From: Macrostomum hystrix
Taxonomy: Eukaryota > Animalia > Platyhelminthes
Length of the DNA stretch: 64,000 bases
Reading direction: 5' to 3'
Assembly (NCBI GenBank): GCA_950097015.1
Contig: CATNEN010000001.1
Span: forward strand, 11,904,001 to 11,968,000
Position 1 is the stretch's first letter, and every line of letters begins with the position of its first letter. Of this stretch, positions 23,831 through 35,790 are shown piece by piece. A program made the position numbers and the translations under genes. The notes below the pieces were generated by a model, which searched no databases, was not told the DNA's origin, and saw only the letters and a list, made by a program, of their open reading frames with translations.

Positions 23831-24482
23831 TAGGTAATCGGTCGATTTAATCGCAAAATTATTTTTGTGAATTATATTATGTTAACGACAAAAACTGTAT
23901 CTCTAGGGGTGCGCAGTTCATGTGCATGAGGAACTGTTCCTATTGGGATTACTAGGTGAAGAGCTCAGCCAATTCCTAGCAGATAAGGTTAGTTAGACGA
24001 ATGCTATTAGTATGGTGGGATCTGCAGTATCAGTGTGTTATCCCCTAAGGGCTTTGCCTTCACTTCAGCGAGGTCAGTCAAGCGTGGAGAGAGAAAGTGG
24101 CCAAATGTTTTTTGTTAGATAGGGTTTCTAGCGAACTAGGACTGCCCTTGCTTCTGCTGCTGCTGCTGCTGCTGCTAGCATGACCTTTTATGGAGTTGTG
24201 GAATCTGCCGGTTGCACTTTTCTCTTAGGTGTCCTATATAATATACCTTGTTTATTTAGCAGCTATAATTATCGAGTTTTACAGTGAAAATGATAGGAAA
24301 TGATTATCATAGGATTTTACAAGAGCATTAAAGGATTTTTTATTTTAAATATGAAAGAATTCAAAATAAAAAAAAGGATGGAATTTCACAGTGAAAATGA
24401 TGGAACGTAATGAAACAATGAACAATGAACAATAAACAATCAATGTAAATGTAGGAATCTCAAAAAATAATAGGATCTAAAA

Positions 24483-24772
24483 GATGATGGAATCTCAAGA
24501 AATGATGGAATCTCAAGAAATGATGGAATCTCAAGAAATGATGGAATCTCAAGAAATGATGGAATCTCAAGAAATGATGGAATCTCAAGAAATGATGGAA
24601 TCTCAAAAAATGATGGAATCTCAAGAAATGATGGAATCTCAAGAAATGATGGAATCTCAAGAAATGATGGAATCTCAAGAAATGATGGAATCTCAATAAA
24701 GAAATGATGGAATCTCAAGAAATGATGGAGTCCTAATAAGGAAATGATAGAATCTTACAATAAAAATGATGG
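24483..24772. repeat. 18-bp minisatellite (ATGATGGAATCTCAAGAA)n, ~15 copies
   Basis: Direct reading; ends ~25 nt before the exon 4 acceptor. Confidence 0.95.
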
Positions 24773-24795
24773 ATTTACCGCCCATCCATTGACAG

Positions 24796-25036
24796 GCACT
24801 TTTATCACCGGTCCTGCATCGACCCGTGGCTTCTGGATCAGCGCACCTGCCCTCTATGCAAGCTGGACATTCTAAAAGCTGTCGGCCTGGCCCTTCGCGA
24901 TCGTCGCCAGCGACGCGGCCCCAGCTCCGGGCCGCAGGACGGCCAAGCTGTCGGCTTCGCCGACTCCGACGTTCACGTTGACCCGGCCGCAGCCGCGGCT
25001 GTTGCCGCCGCCACTGCAGATTCGTCAGCGATCGAG
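24796..25036 (+). CDS. gol: Goliath-family E3 ligase exon 4 (RING-H2 C-terminal half)
   Basis: GACAG acceptor, phase 2. Encodes [28 protein letters not shown]..., completing the C3H2C3 RING. Donor GTTAGC. Confidence 0.93.
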
Positions 25037-25163
25037 GTTAGCTTATTATGTACATCGGTTGGCGTTTCGGATTTCTGACCGAGAGGTCGGTTGTTCGAAT
25101 CTCAGTCATAGAAGGTACATATAAGGTGTAAGTTCTATTCTATTCTGTTTCCTTTTCATCCAG

Positions 25164-25412
25164 GAGGGTGATTATTTCTCCATGGCCGACAGTGTTGGCG
25201 TCATCAGCAGCGGCGACGGCGGCATCATCATTGGCTGCCTCGGCGGTGGTGGCAGGCCGTCCATTACAGCCTCATCCACTGACGATCCCGAATGTCTAGC
25301 CGGCGTTGCTATGGCAACGAGTCACGGTGGCGCTCGTGACGCTCTCGGCTGCCGTAGCAACGTCGCGGAGGACGGCAACCGTCTAGGCGACGAGCAGGGA
25401 ATCATGATGGTG
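25164..25412 (+). CDS. gol: Goliath-family E3 ligase exon 5 (low-complexity cytosolic tail)
   Basis: Polypyrimidine tract plus CAG acceptor at 25161-25163, in frame with ORF 25182. Donor GTGAGT at 25413. Confidence 0.8.
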
Positions 25413-25423
25413 GTGAGTAGGCG

Positions 25424-25997
25424 TCTGTCTTCTGTATCTGTAATTATGTTTCTCAGTGTCTTTAAGTCTGATTCTCAGTGTCTGTAAGTCTGTTATTCGG
25501 TGTCTGTAAGTCTGTTTCTCAGTGTCTGTAAGTCTGTTATTCGGTGTCTGTAAGTCTGTTATACGGTGTCTGTAAGTCTGTTTCTCAGTGTCTTTAAGTC
25601 TGTTTCTCAGTGTCTGTAAGTCTGTTTCTCAGTGTCTGTAAGTCTGTTTCTCAGTGTCTGTAAGTCTGATTCTCAGTGTCTGTAAGTCTGTTTCTCAGTG
25701 TCTGTAAGTCTGATTCTCAGTGTCTGTAAGTCTGTTTCTCAGTGTCTGTAAGTCTGTTTCTCAGTGTCTGTAAGTCTGATTCTCAGTGTCTGTAAGTCTG
25801 TTTCTCAGTGTCTGTAAGTCTGATTCTCAGTGTCTGTAAGTCTGTTTCTCAGTGTCTTTAAGTCTGTTATTTGGTGTCTGTAAGTCTGTTTTCGGTGTCT
25901 GTAAGTCTGTTTTCGGTGTCTGTAAGTCTGTTTTCGGTGTCTGTAAGTCTGTTTTCGGTGTCTGTAAGTCTGTTTTCGGTGTCTGTAATTCCGTTTC
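25424..25997. repeat. 22/21-bp minisatellite (TCTGTTTCTCAGTGTCTGTAAG)n, ~26 copies
   Basis: Direct reading; begins just after the exon 5 donor. Confidence 0.95.
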
Positions 25998-26449
25998 TTA
26001 TACCTATCAGTCATCATGTCTGCTAATCAAAAATGCACGACGTAATTCTGTCAGCGAGTGCTCTGAAGTGGACTTTTTGACTATAGTAGATTATCCCATC
26101 ACTTACTGGCTGTTAATAGGTGCGCAAAGCGCGTTAACTTTCCGCTTGAAAATGCAATAGTCTGCCCGCTTTTGTCGTCTCTTAGGCGCTTAGTCCTTTT
26201 TGCGATAAAGTGCTCACCCCGCTAGTGGAAAATTAATCCATAAGGTTCGAGGAGGGGCATGACCAGAAGGCTGAAAGCTGTTCGCCCCAGCCTAATTTTC
26301 ATCGCTAAATAAAAAATTACAAGCATTGAAAAAGCGATGCATCTCGTGGAACAATGCGCCGGAAATTAACTGATGCTTGACTGGACTGAAAGCACTGTAA
26401 CCTGCTCAATCAATTAGAGGCTTGCTGACGTGGGAGAGATGAGATTGGG

Positions 26450-29400
26450 TGAGTTGATAAGGTGGAGAGAGAGAGTAGATGCGATGGAGAGAGAGTTAAT
26501 GAGGTGTAGAGAGAATAGATGAGGTGGAGAGAGAGTAAATGAGGTGGAGAGAGAGTAGATGAGGTGGAGAGAGAGTAAATGAGGTGGAGAGAGAGTAGAT
26601 GAGGTGGAGAGAGAGTAGATGAGGTGGAGAGAGAGTAAATGAGGTGGAGAGAGAGTAAATGAGGTGGAGAGAGAGTAGATGAGGTGGAGAGAGAGTAGAT
26701 GAGGTGGAGAGAGAGTAAATGAGGTGGAGAGAGAGTAGATGATGTGGAGAGAGAGAGTAAATGAGGTGGAGAGAGAGTAGATGAGATGGAGTGAGAGTAG
26801 ATGAGGTGGAGAGAGAGTAGATGATGTGGAGAGAGAGTAGATGAGGTGGAGAGAGAGTAGATGAGGTGGAGAGAGAGAGTAGATAAGGTAGAGAGAGAGT
26901 AGATGAGGGGGAGAGAGAGTAGATGAGGTGGAGAGAGAGTAGATGAGGTGGAGAGAGAGTAGATGAGGTGGAGAGAGAGTAGATGAGGTGGAGAGAGAGT
27001 TGATGAGGTGGAGAGAGAGTTGATGAGGTGGAGAGAGAGAGTAAATGAGGTGGAGAGAGAGTAGATGAGGTGGAGAGAGAGTAGATGCGATGGAGAGAGA
27101 GTTAATGAGGTGTAGAGAGAATATATGAGGTGGAGAGAGAGTAGATGAGGTGGAGAGAGAGTAGATGAGGTGGAGAGAGAGTAGATGATGTGGAGAGAGA
27201 GTAGATGAGGTGGAGAGAGAGTAGATGATGTGGAGAGAGAGTAGATGATGTGGAGAGAGAGTAGATGAGGTGGAGAGAGAGTAGATGAGGTGGAGAGAGA
27301 GTAGATAAGGTAGAGAGAGAGTAGATGAGGGGGAGAGAGAGTAGATGAGGTGGAGAGAGAGTAGATGAGGTGGAGAGAGAGTAGATGAGGTGGAGAGAGA
27401 GTAGATGAGGTGGAGAGAGAGTTGATGAGGTGGAGAGAGAGTTGATGAGGTGGAGAGAGAGAGTAAATGAGGTGGAGAGAGAGTAGATGAGGTGGAGAGA
27501 GAGTAGATGCGATGGAGAGAGAGTTAATGAGGTGTAGAGAGAATATATGAGGTGGAGAGAGAGTAGATGAGGTGGAGAGAGAGAGTAAATGAGGTGGAGA
27601 GAGAGTAGATGAGGTGGAGAGAGAGTAAATGAGGTGGAGAGAGAGTAGATGAGGTGGAGAGAGAGAGTAAATGAGGTGGAGAGAGAGTAGATGAGGTGGA
27701 GAGAGAGTAGATGATGTGGAGAGAGAGAGTAAATGAGGTGGAGAGAGAGTAGATGAGATGGAGAGAGAGTAGATGAGGTGGAGAGAGAGTAGATGAGGTG
27801 GAGAGAGAGTAGATGAGGTGGAGAGAGAGTAGATGAGGTGGAGAGAGAGAGAGAGTAGATGAGGTGGAGAGAGTAGATGATGTGGAGAGAGAGTAGATGA
27901 GGTGGAGAGAGAGAGTAGATGAGGTGGAGAGAGAGTAGATGAGGTGGAGAGAGAGTAGATGAGGTGGTGAGAGCGAGTAGATAAGGTGGAGAGAGAGTAG
28001 ATGAGGTGGCGAGAGAGTAGATACGATGGAGAGAGAGTAGATGAGGTGGAGAGAGAGTAGATAAGGTAGAGAGAGAGTAGATGAGGTGGAGAGAGAGTAG
28101 ATGCGATGGAGAGAGAGTAGATGAGGTGGAGAGAGAGAAGATGAGGTGGAGAGAGAGTAGATGAGGTGGAGAGAGAGTAGATGAGGTGGAGAGAGAGTTG
28201 ATGAGGTGGAGAGAGAGTTGATGAGGTGGAGAGAGAGTTGATGAGGTGGAGAGAGAGTTGATGAGGTGGAGAGAGAGTAGATGCGATGGAGAGAGAGTAG
28301 ATGAGGTGGAGAGAGAGTAGATGAGGTGGAGAGAGAGTAGATGAGGTGGAGAGAGAGTTGATGAGGTGGAGAGAGAGTTGATGAGGTGGAGAGAGAGTTG
28401 ATGAGGTGGAGAGAGAGTTGATGAGGTGGTGAGAGCGAGTAGATAAGGTGGAGAGAGAGTAGATGAGGTGGAGAGAGAGTAGATGCGATGGAGAGAGAGT
28501 AGATGAGATGGAGTGAGAGTAGATGAGGTGGAGAGAGAGTAGATGAGGTGGAGAGAGAGAGTAGATGAGGTGGAGAGAGAGAGTAGATGAGGTGGAGAGA
28601 GAGTAGATGAGGTGGAGAGAGAGTAGATGAGGTGGTGAGAGCGAGTAGATAAGGTGGAGAGAGAGTAGATGAGGTGGCGAGAGAGTAGATACGATGGAGA
28701 GAGAGTAGATGAGGTGGAGAGAGAGTAGATAAGGTAGAGAGAGAGTAGATGAGGTGGAGAGAGAGTAGATGCGATGGAGAGAGAGTAGATGAGGTGGAGA
28801 GAGAGTAGATGAGGTGGAGAGAGAGTAGATGAGGTGGAGAGAGAGTAGATGAGGTGGAGAGAGAGTTGATGAGGTGGAGAGAGAGTTGATGAGGTGGAGA
28901 GAGAGTTGATGAGGTGGAGAGAGAGTTGATGAGGTGGAGAGAGAGTTGATGAGGTGGTGAGAGCGAGTAGATAAGGTGGAGAGAGAGTAGATGAGGTGGA
29001 GAGAGAGTAGATGCGATGGAGAGAGAGTAGATGAGATGGAGTGAGAGTAGATGAGGTGGAGAGAGAGTAGATGAGGTGGAGAGAGAGAGTAGATGAGGTG
29101 GAGAGAGAGAGTAGATGAGGTGGAGAGAGAGTAGATGAGGTGGAGAGAGAGTAGATGAGGTGGTGAGAGCGAGTAGATAAGGTGGAGAGAGAGTAGATGA
29201 GGTGGCGAGAGAGTAGATACGATGGAGAGAGAGTAGATGAGGTGGAGAGAGAGTAGATAAGGTAGAGAGAGAGTAGATGAGGTGGAGAGAGAGTAGATGC
29301 GATGGAGAGAGAGTAGATGAGGTGGAGAGAGAGTAGATGAGGTGGAGAGAGAGTAGATGAGGTGGAGAGAGAGTAGATGAGGTGGAGAGAGAGTTGATGA

Positions 29401-29748
29401 GGTGGAGAGAGAGTTGATGAGGTGGAGAGAGAGTTGATGAGGTGGAGAGAGAGTTGATGAGGTGGAGAGAGAGTTGATGAGGTGGTGAGAGCGAGTAGAT
29501 AAGGTGGAGAGAGAGTAGATGAGGTGGAGAGAGAGTAGATGAGGTGGAGAGAGAGTAGATGAGGTGGAGAGAGAGTAGATGAGGTGGAGAGAGAGTAGAT
29601 GAGGTGGAGAGAGAGTAGATGAGGTGGAGAGAGAGTAGATGAGGTGGAGAGAGAGTAGATGAGGTGGAGAGAGAGTAGATGAGGTGGAGAGAGAGTAGAC
29701 AAGGTGGAGAGAGTAGATGAGGTGGAGAGAGTAGATAAGGTGGAGAGT
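26450..29748. repeat. 20-bp purine-rich minisatellite (GAGGTGGAGAGAGAGTAGAT)n, ~165 copies
   Basis: Direct reading; explains the spurious 923/747-aa ORFs. Confidence 0.97.
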
Positions 29749-30210
29749 GGGTTATCTGTAGTGGCATTTAAGCAAATCTGCTGGCATAGGTATGTAGATG
29801 AGGTAAAAAAGATTAGTCTAGTTAAGAGTGCCGTTTTACTAAAATGAGCAGACAAGACTGATGACAGTTGCAATTCTAACTAGACAGAAAAAACTATGAG
29901 CTAATTAGGCATGTTCTCATGCTAGCAGAGTTAAGCACTGCTCAAGGACACTAAAAAACTTGAGAGGGCATCTCTGCTGTGACCAAAATAGGCAAAAATT
30001 TAGAGTCCCCCGGGTTGCGAGCTAGCAGTCTAACAGTCAGTAAGGAAATATATTTCACCATGGGAGCAAATCTCGATTCGCAGATTATTTACGGATCTAG
30101 CTGTCGAATGGGACAGCTAAAATGGGATATTTTGGGCATCAAAAAATGAAGAAATTCCCGAGAAATTAACTCCAGGGAATGGACAAACGGGTCACTGAAA
30201 AAAACTAATT

Positions 30211-30866
30211 AAGATCTTGTCAGACAAGGGAAGATTTGGTCAGACAGGGGAAGATTTGGTCAGACAGGGGAAGATTTGGTCAGACAGGGGAAGATTTGGT
30301 CAGGCAGGGAAAGATTCGGTCAGACAAGGGAAGATTTGGTCAGACGGAAAGATTCGGTCAGACGGAAAGATTTGGTCAGACAGGGGAAGATTTGGTCAGA
30401 CAGGGGAAGATTTAGTCAGACAGGGGAAGATTTGGTCAGACAAGGGAAGATTCGGTCAGACAAGGGAAGATTTGGTCAGACAAGGGAAGATTTGGTCAAA
30501 CAGGGGAAGATTTGGTCAGACAGGGGAAGATTCGGTCAAACAGGGGAAGATTTGGTCAGACAGGGGAAGATTCGGTCAGACAAGGGAAGATTTGGTCAGA
30601 CAAGGGAAGATTTGGTCAAACAGGGGAAGATTTGGTCAGACAGGGGAAGATTCGGTCAGACAGGGGAAGATTTGGTCAGACAGGGGAAGATTCGGTCAGA
30701 CAGGGAAAGATTCGGTCAGACAAGGGAAGAATTGGTCAGACGGAAATATTTGGTCAGACAGGGGAAGATTCGGTCAGACAGGGAAAGATTTGGTCAGACA
30801 GGGGAAGATTCGGTCAGACAGGGGAAGATTCGGTCAGACAGGGAAAGATTTGGTCAGACAGGGAGA
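30211..30866. repeat. 20-bp minisatellite (GGTCAGACAGGGGAAGATTT)n, ~33 copies
   Basis: Direct reading. Confidence 0.95.
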
Positions 30867-31155
30867 TAAGGTCATGTCGGATAGATTAGAAACAAAGTAT
30901 GAAAAACTGTAGCCAACCTGTAAAATTAGCGAATACTATCTATTGAAGAATTGGTGTTTAAAATTAATTTTATTACGTATCAGAACTGGGTCAGATCAAT
31001 GTGGCGGATAGGAAAACAAAGTAATAACCTAGTAGTTTTGTAGCAGTTTTAGGTGCCATTCGAATCGATGATTCGATAGATTTAACTTCGCAATTTCGGC
31101 TACAATTTTTATTTTCTTATGATTTTTTTGCGCAGAAAACGAGATAGCAAATATT

Positions 31156-31159
31156 GTGT

Positions 31160-31190
<31 letters not shown>
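31156..31190. repeat. (GT)n microsatellite
   Basis: Direct reading. Confidence 0.95.
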
Positions 31191-31194
<4 letters not shown>

Positions 31195-31939
31195 AATCAA
31201 ATTATGCTCGCCTATGTACAAAAACCCTTGCGTGACTGAACTCATCAGCCGAAACTCGACCAAGAAATGAGAGGCTGCTTTTTTCTTTACCGTGCGCAAT
31301 TCGAGGCAAGATAGATCGGAGGCCGCGGCGAGAGTGGATGGGGAGAACAGAGCTCCGGTGAGACGGGTGAGAGAAGCAGAAATCTAATTTAACCACTCCT
31401 ATCCCCCGGTGCGGGGTACGGGGGGGAATCCAGGGGGTTGACGTCTCTAAACCAGCCGTGTGCCCCGTTCCCTGGAGGATATCCAAAGTGCTGCTGACGT
31501 CAATGAGTAGCTAGTTGTTATAGGAGCTATAGCTGCAAAATATTGCTTCTTATTTTCCTCATCCGTTGTCTTGCTTAATCGAGCGACATGAAAGACTTAC
31601 CCTTCCTTTGATTAGTTTAGAATTGATGAGCCATTTTAGCCTGATTAAATAGGCGCTTTCATTAGTGTTCAATATGGCTTAGTTCTAAACTTAAACTCAG
31701 TGTTTGACGTTTCTCAGTTTTATCCAGGCCACTTTCTGCCACTAATTAATTGCCGCCGCCTGGTCTCGTCTGTGTTTTGTCTCTCTCACCTTAATAATCA
31801 TTTTATTCTGCTTCAGACTCTACAGACTTTAAGCAGCAAAATTAATTGTATGCTTACATAAATGTTAAAAATGCTGCTTTTACTACTTACTTCACGACTA
31901 GGCTTAATCGAGAAAAAAATTTTATCGCGTCAAGATCAG

Positions 31940-33093
31940 AAACTGAACCGCTTCAAAATCTAAGACTGGACCTCTTAAAAAGTCACAACTGGACCTCTTC
32001 AAAAGTCACAACTGGACCTCTTTAAAATTCAAAAGTGGACCTCTTAAAAACCAGAAAAACTGGACCTATTAAAAAACTGGACCTATTCAAAAACTGGACC
32101 TCTTCAAAATCCAAAACTGGAACTCTTCAAAATCCAAAACTGGACCTCTTCAAAATCCAAAACTGGACCTCTTCAAAATCCAAAACTGGAACTCTTCAAA
32201 GTCCAAAACTGAACCTCTTCAAAATCCAAAACTGGACCTTGTCAAAATCCAAAACTGGACCTCTTCAAAATCCAAAACTGGACCTTGTCAAAATCCAAAA
32301 CTGGACCTCTTCAAAATCCAAAACTGGACCTTGTCAAAATCCAAAACTGGACCTCTTCAAAATCCAAAACTGGAACTTTTCAAAATCCAAAACTGAACCT
32401 CTTCAAAATCCAAAACTGGACCTATTAAATATCCAAAACCGGACCTCTTAAAACCCCACAACTGGACCTCTTCAAAATCCAAAACTGGACCTCTTCAAAA
32501 TCCAAAACTGGACCTCTTCAAAATCCAAAACTGGACCTCTTCAAAATCCAAAACTGGAACTCTTCCAAATCCAAAACTGGACCTCTTCAAAATCCAAAAC
32601 TAGGCCTTGTCAAAATCCAAAACTGGACCTCTTCAAAATCCAAAACTGGACCTTGTCAAAATCCAAAACTGGACCTCTTCAAAATCCAAAACTGGAACTC
32701 TTCAAAATCCAAAACTGGACCTCTTCAAAATCCAAAACTGGAACTCTTCCAAATCCAAAACTGGACCTCTTCAAAATCCAAAACTAGGCCTTGTCAAAAT
32801 CCAAAACTGGACCTCTTCAAAATCCAAAACTGGACCTTGTCAAAATCCAAAACTGGACCTCTTCAAAATCCAAAACTGGAACTCTTCAAAATCCAAAACT
32901 GGACCTCTTCAAAATCCAAAACTGGAACTCTTCAAAGTCCAAAACTGAACCTCTTCAAAATCCAAAACTGGACCTTGTCAAAATCCAAAACTGGACCTCT
33001 TCAAAATCCAAAACTGGACCTCTTCAAAATCCAAAACTGGACCTCTTCAAAATCCAAAACTGGACCTCTTCAAAATCTAAAACTGGACCTCTT
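31940..33093. repeat. 23-bp minisatellite (AAAATCCAAAACTGGACCTCTTC)n, ~50 copies
   Basis: Direct reading; degenerate at the left edge. Confidence 0.96.
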
Positions 33094-33176
33094 CTAACTC
33101 TAACTTAAGCTTGACTTTTGCATGGAAACTCAAAGCAGACTCGTAATCGATAAAACCCCTAATAATTTTATTTCAG

Positions 33177-33254
33177 TCGATTCCAACTCGACCGGATAGT
33201 CCCGCAATGGACGAATCAGCAGAGGTTTGCTATCCACTTGTGCATCACTACCAT

Positions 33255-33298
<44 letters not shown>

Positions 33299-33356
33299 CT
33301 CGGATATTAGTGCCGATTCACCTAACGAATATCGTCAAAATTTCAGTGCCCATTGA
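33177..33356 (+). CDS. gol: Goliath-family E3 ligase probable terminal exon 6 (polyQ, 13 CAG)
   Basis: TTTTATTTCAG acceptor, phase 0 matching the exon 5 donor. Encodes SIPTRPDSPAMDESAEVCYPLVHHYHH(Q)13YSDISADSPNEYRQNFSAH*. An AT-rich 3'UTR follows, with AATAAA at ~33751 and ~33912. Confidence 0.7.
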
Positions 33357-34281
33357 GTCTTTTAAAATCCTTTACGATTTCCCCCTTGGACTGGTCATTT
33401 TAACAAAACAATATAGTGATAACAGAAAACCCTTACCGTGAGTGACGCGAACAGTTTTATCAGCTACACTGAACCAGAAATATTTTTGTGTTACAATCAA
33501 GCATGTGTTGTTTTCAGATAATGTATATCCCAGCTTTCTTATCTGTGTAGTCACCGTGTTTCTGTGTATGCTCTCTAACAGTTTTTCTAACGCAGCTTCA
33601 AGTATATTTTTATTGTTTGGTAAGTTTCTTGAAAATGCGAACATTTTGCACCACGTTTTTGTTGTCATTTTTAATTCACAAATTATGTTTTTATTAATAT
33701 TCATTCGATACTACTGTCGCTTGTATTTTCTCTAAGTAGTATTTTAGACTAATAAAAGAATGCAATTTAGATTTGTTTTTTTAAGAATTTCACACTTGTC
33801 GGTCAGAGTTGTGTGAACGCGAATGTCATATTTAATCTATTTTTATTCAAATCTGTTATAATATTGTCTGTTATGCATTGTTTGCTTTTTGTTGTGGCCG
33901 CAAATTGTTTAAATAAAGCAAACTAAATTTGAATCATGTTTATTGATCTATCTCTTGATGCGTCAATTATCAAATAGAGAGAATTTAACTTAACAGCTGT
34001 TTGAATTTTCAATCTGCGAGAATAAGGTTGCGATTTCAGGGGCCGGTTTTAACTGGCTCTGTAATCGTGTTTACCTGACTGGGCCGACCCTCCGCCTGTC
34101 CGTGCGTGCGGCTCGCGCGTGTGCATCCCTGCCGCAAGGTGGGTGCTGGGTGCCGGCCGGCAGGTGGGGTGGTTTGTTTGGGGGCTTTCTGTTTCGCTTC
34201 TATGGCACCTGCTATGTGCCAACCAGCTTGCTTGCCTCCGCTTGCTTGAGTTCTGCCGCTGCCGCCCACCTTTTGTTTCAG

Positions 34282-35255
34282 GTCCGCCTTCTGTGGTCCC
34301 GGTTCCGGGACTCTCCGCGCCAGCACGTCGACTGCTCAGCCAAGGCTTCGCAGCTCAACTCGCTCCGCCTACGCCAGCCAGTGCGCGTTCTGGATGCGAT
34401 TCTGCGCCGCCCACAGACTTCAACCGCTTTCAGCGCAGCCCGCTAACTTATGCAACTACGTGGCGGAGCTGGCGAACAACTGGCTGTTATCCGTCAGCAG
34501 CCTATCCTGTCACATCGCCGCCGTGTCCTGGCTCTACAAATCAAACAGCGTGGCTGACCCGACGAGGCAGCCACTGGTTCAGCTGGCCCTGCGCGGCGCC
34601 CGTCGGCTACTCGGCGCAGCCCCAAGGAGCAAAAAAGCGTTGCGGCCGGCCGACCTGCAGCGGCTGCACGGCGTGCTGCGACCTGAAGAGGGACTGCGCA
34701 TTCTGGTGCGCCTGCATCGTGGGCTGGTGGGCCATGCTGCAGCGAGCCAACCTGTGCGTATCCGGCCGGTTCGATCCGCAGCGAGACCTCAGCGCGAGCT
34801 GCATCCGGCCGTCAAGGGCCGGCGTCATCCTCGTCATTCCGACGTCGAAGACCAACCAGTTCGGGGCGCGCCAGCACCGAGTTTTCTTGCCGCAGCTCCC
34901 AGATGGACATCCACTCTGCACCGCGGTCACCGCGCTCCAGAAGCAGCTGCGCATTAACCGACCTCAGGACGCCCGGCATCAGCTGTTCAGTACCCGAACC
35001 GGACGGTCCACCGCGCGCACCTTCGCGAGGCGCCTGTCCACAGCACTTCGACAAGCCGGGTTCGCCGAGCCAGCCAGGTTCTCTGGGCACTCATTGCGTC
35101 GAGGTGGCGCTACATCCGCGGCGGAGGCCGGCATCCCCATCGATTCAATCACGCGAGTCGGTGACTGGGCAAGCAGCGCTGTAGAGCGGTACCTGCCACC
35201 TTCGGTTGAGCGCAGTGCGCCGCTGCGCCTGGCTTCGCTCCTACCCTCAACGTGA
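34282..35255 (+). mobile_element. Frameshifted tyrosine recombinase (DIRS/Ngaro- or Crypton-type) remnant
   Basis: Three overlapping frames give RRLLSQGFA / STRSAYASQCAFWMRFC..LCNYVAEL..DPTRQPLVQLALRGARR / FWCACIVGWWAMLQRANL..SKTNQFG..FSGHSLRRGGAT..GDWASSAVERY (HxxR, W and Y catalytic motifs). Two frameshifts (~34350 and ~34685). Confidence 0.88.
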
Positions 35256-35510
35256 CCTCCTCCCTGTTTTGGGATTTTTTGGACTCGTTCGTCCGCTGCC
35301 TTTGTCACCAGTTAGACAGCAAGTGTCTCCAGTTAGACAGCAAGTGTCTCAAAGAATTTCAGACAGAAGATAAAACGGAGACAGCAACGGTCGACCAGAA
35401 AACAATTAGTGAAAGCATATGCGACAGCGATTTGTCAAAAGTGCGCTGCAGCGACAGACTAAATAATTCCAATGTAATAATGCCAATCCCGAACTGGATC
35501 TACGCGCTCG

Positions 35511-35790
35511 TAACATATCTCACATATCTAACTGGAACATATCTAACAGCTGAGGAACATATCTAACAGCTGATGAACATATCTAACAGCTGATGAACAC
35601 ATCTAACAGCTAAGGAACATATCTAACAGCTGAGGAACATATCTAACAGCTGATGAACATATCTAACAGCTGATGAACATATCTAACAGCTGATGAACAT
35701 ATCTAACAGCTGATTAACATATCTAACAGCTGATTAACATATCTAACAGCTGATGAACATATCTAACAGCTGATGAACATATCTAAAAGC
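35511..35790. repeat. 20-bp minisatellite (AACATATCTAACAGCTGATG)n, ~14 copies
   Basis: Direct reading. Confidence 0.95.

Noticed and set aside
22502-23856. Cys-rich (CFGICE)n metallothionein-like ORFs or a telomere-like array
   Set aside because: An intronic 18-mer with frame-breaking 8-bp insertions; not TTAGGG.
27102-29873. 923-aa and 747-aa minus-strand ORFs
   Set aside because: Artefacts of the 20-bp intronic repeat, which is open in several frames.
31235-31262. Hammerhead core (CTCATCAG next to CCGAAAC)
   Set aside because: CTGATGAG and CGAAAC lie on opposite strands, so they cannot form the core.
31817-31861. Extra RNF exon after TTCTGCTTCAG
   Set aside because: The acceptor is plausible, but the short peptide has no family similarity and the donor is weak; it cannot be supported without transcripts.
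30217-33108. Repeat ORFs in the 20-mer and 23-mer arrays
   Set aside because: Open in all three frames because of repeat periodicity, and intronic.
35565-35790. Tandem hammerhead ribozymes (CTGATGA in most units)
   Set aside because: No stem II or GAAA core follows; it is a simple 20-mer repeat.
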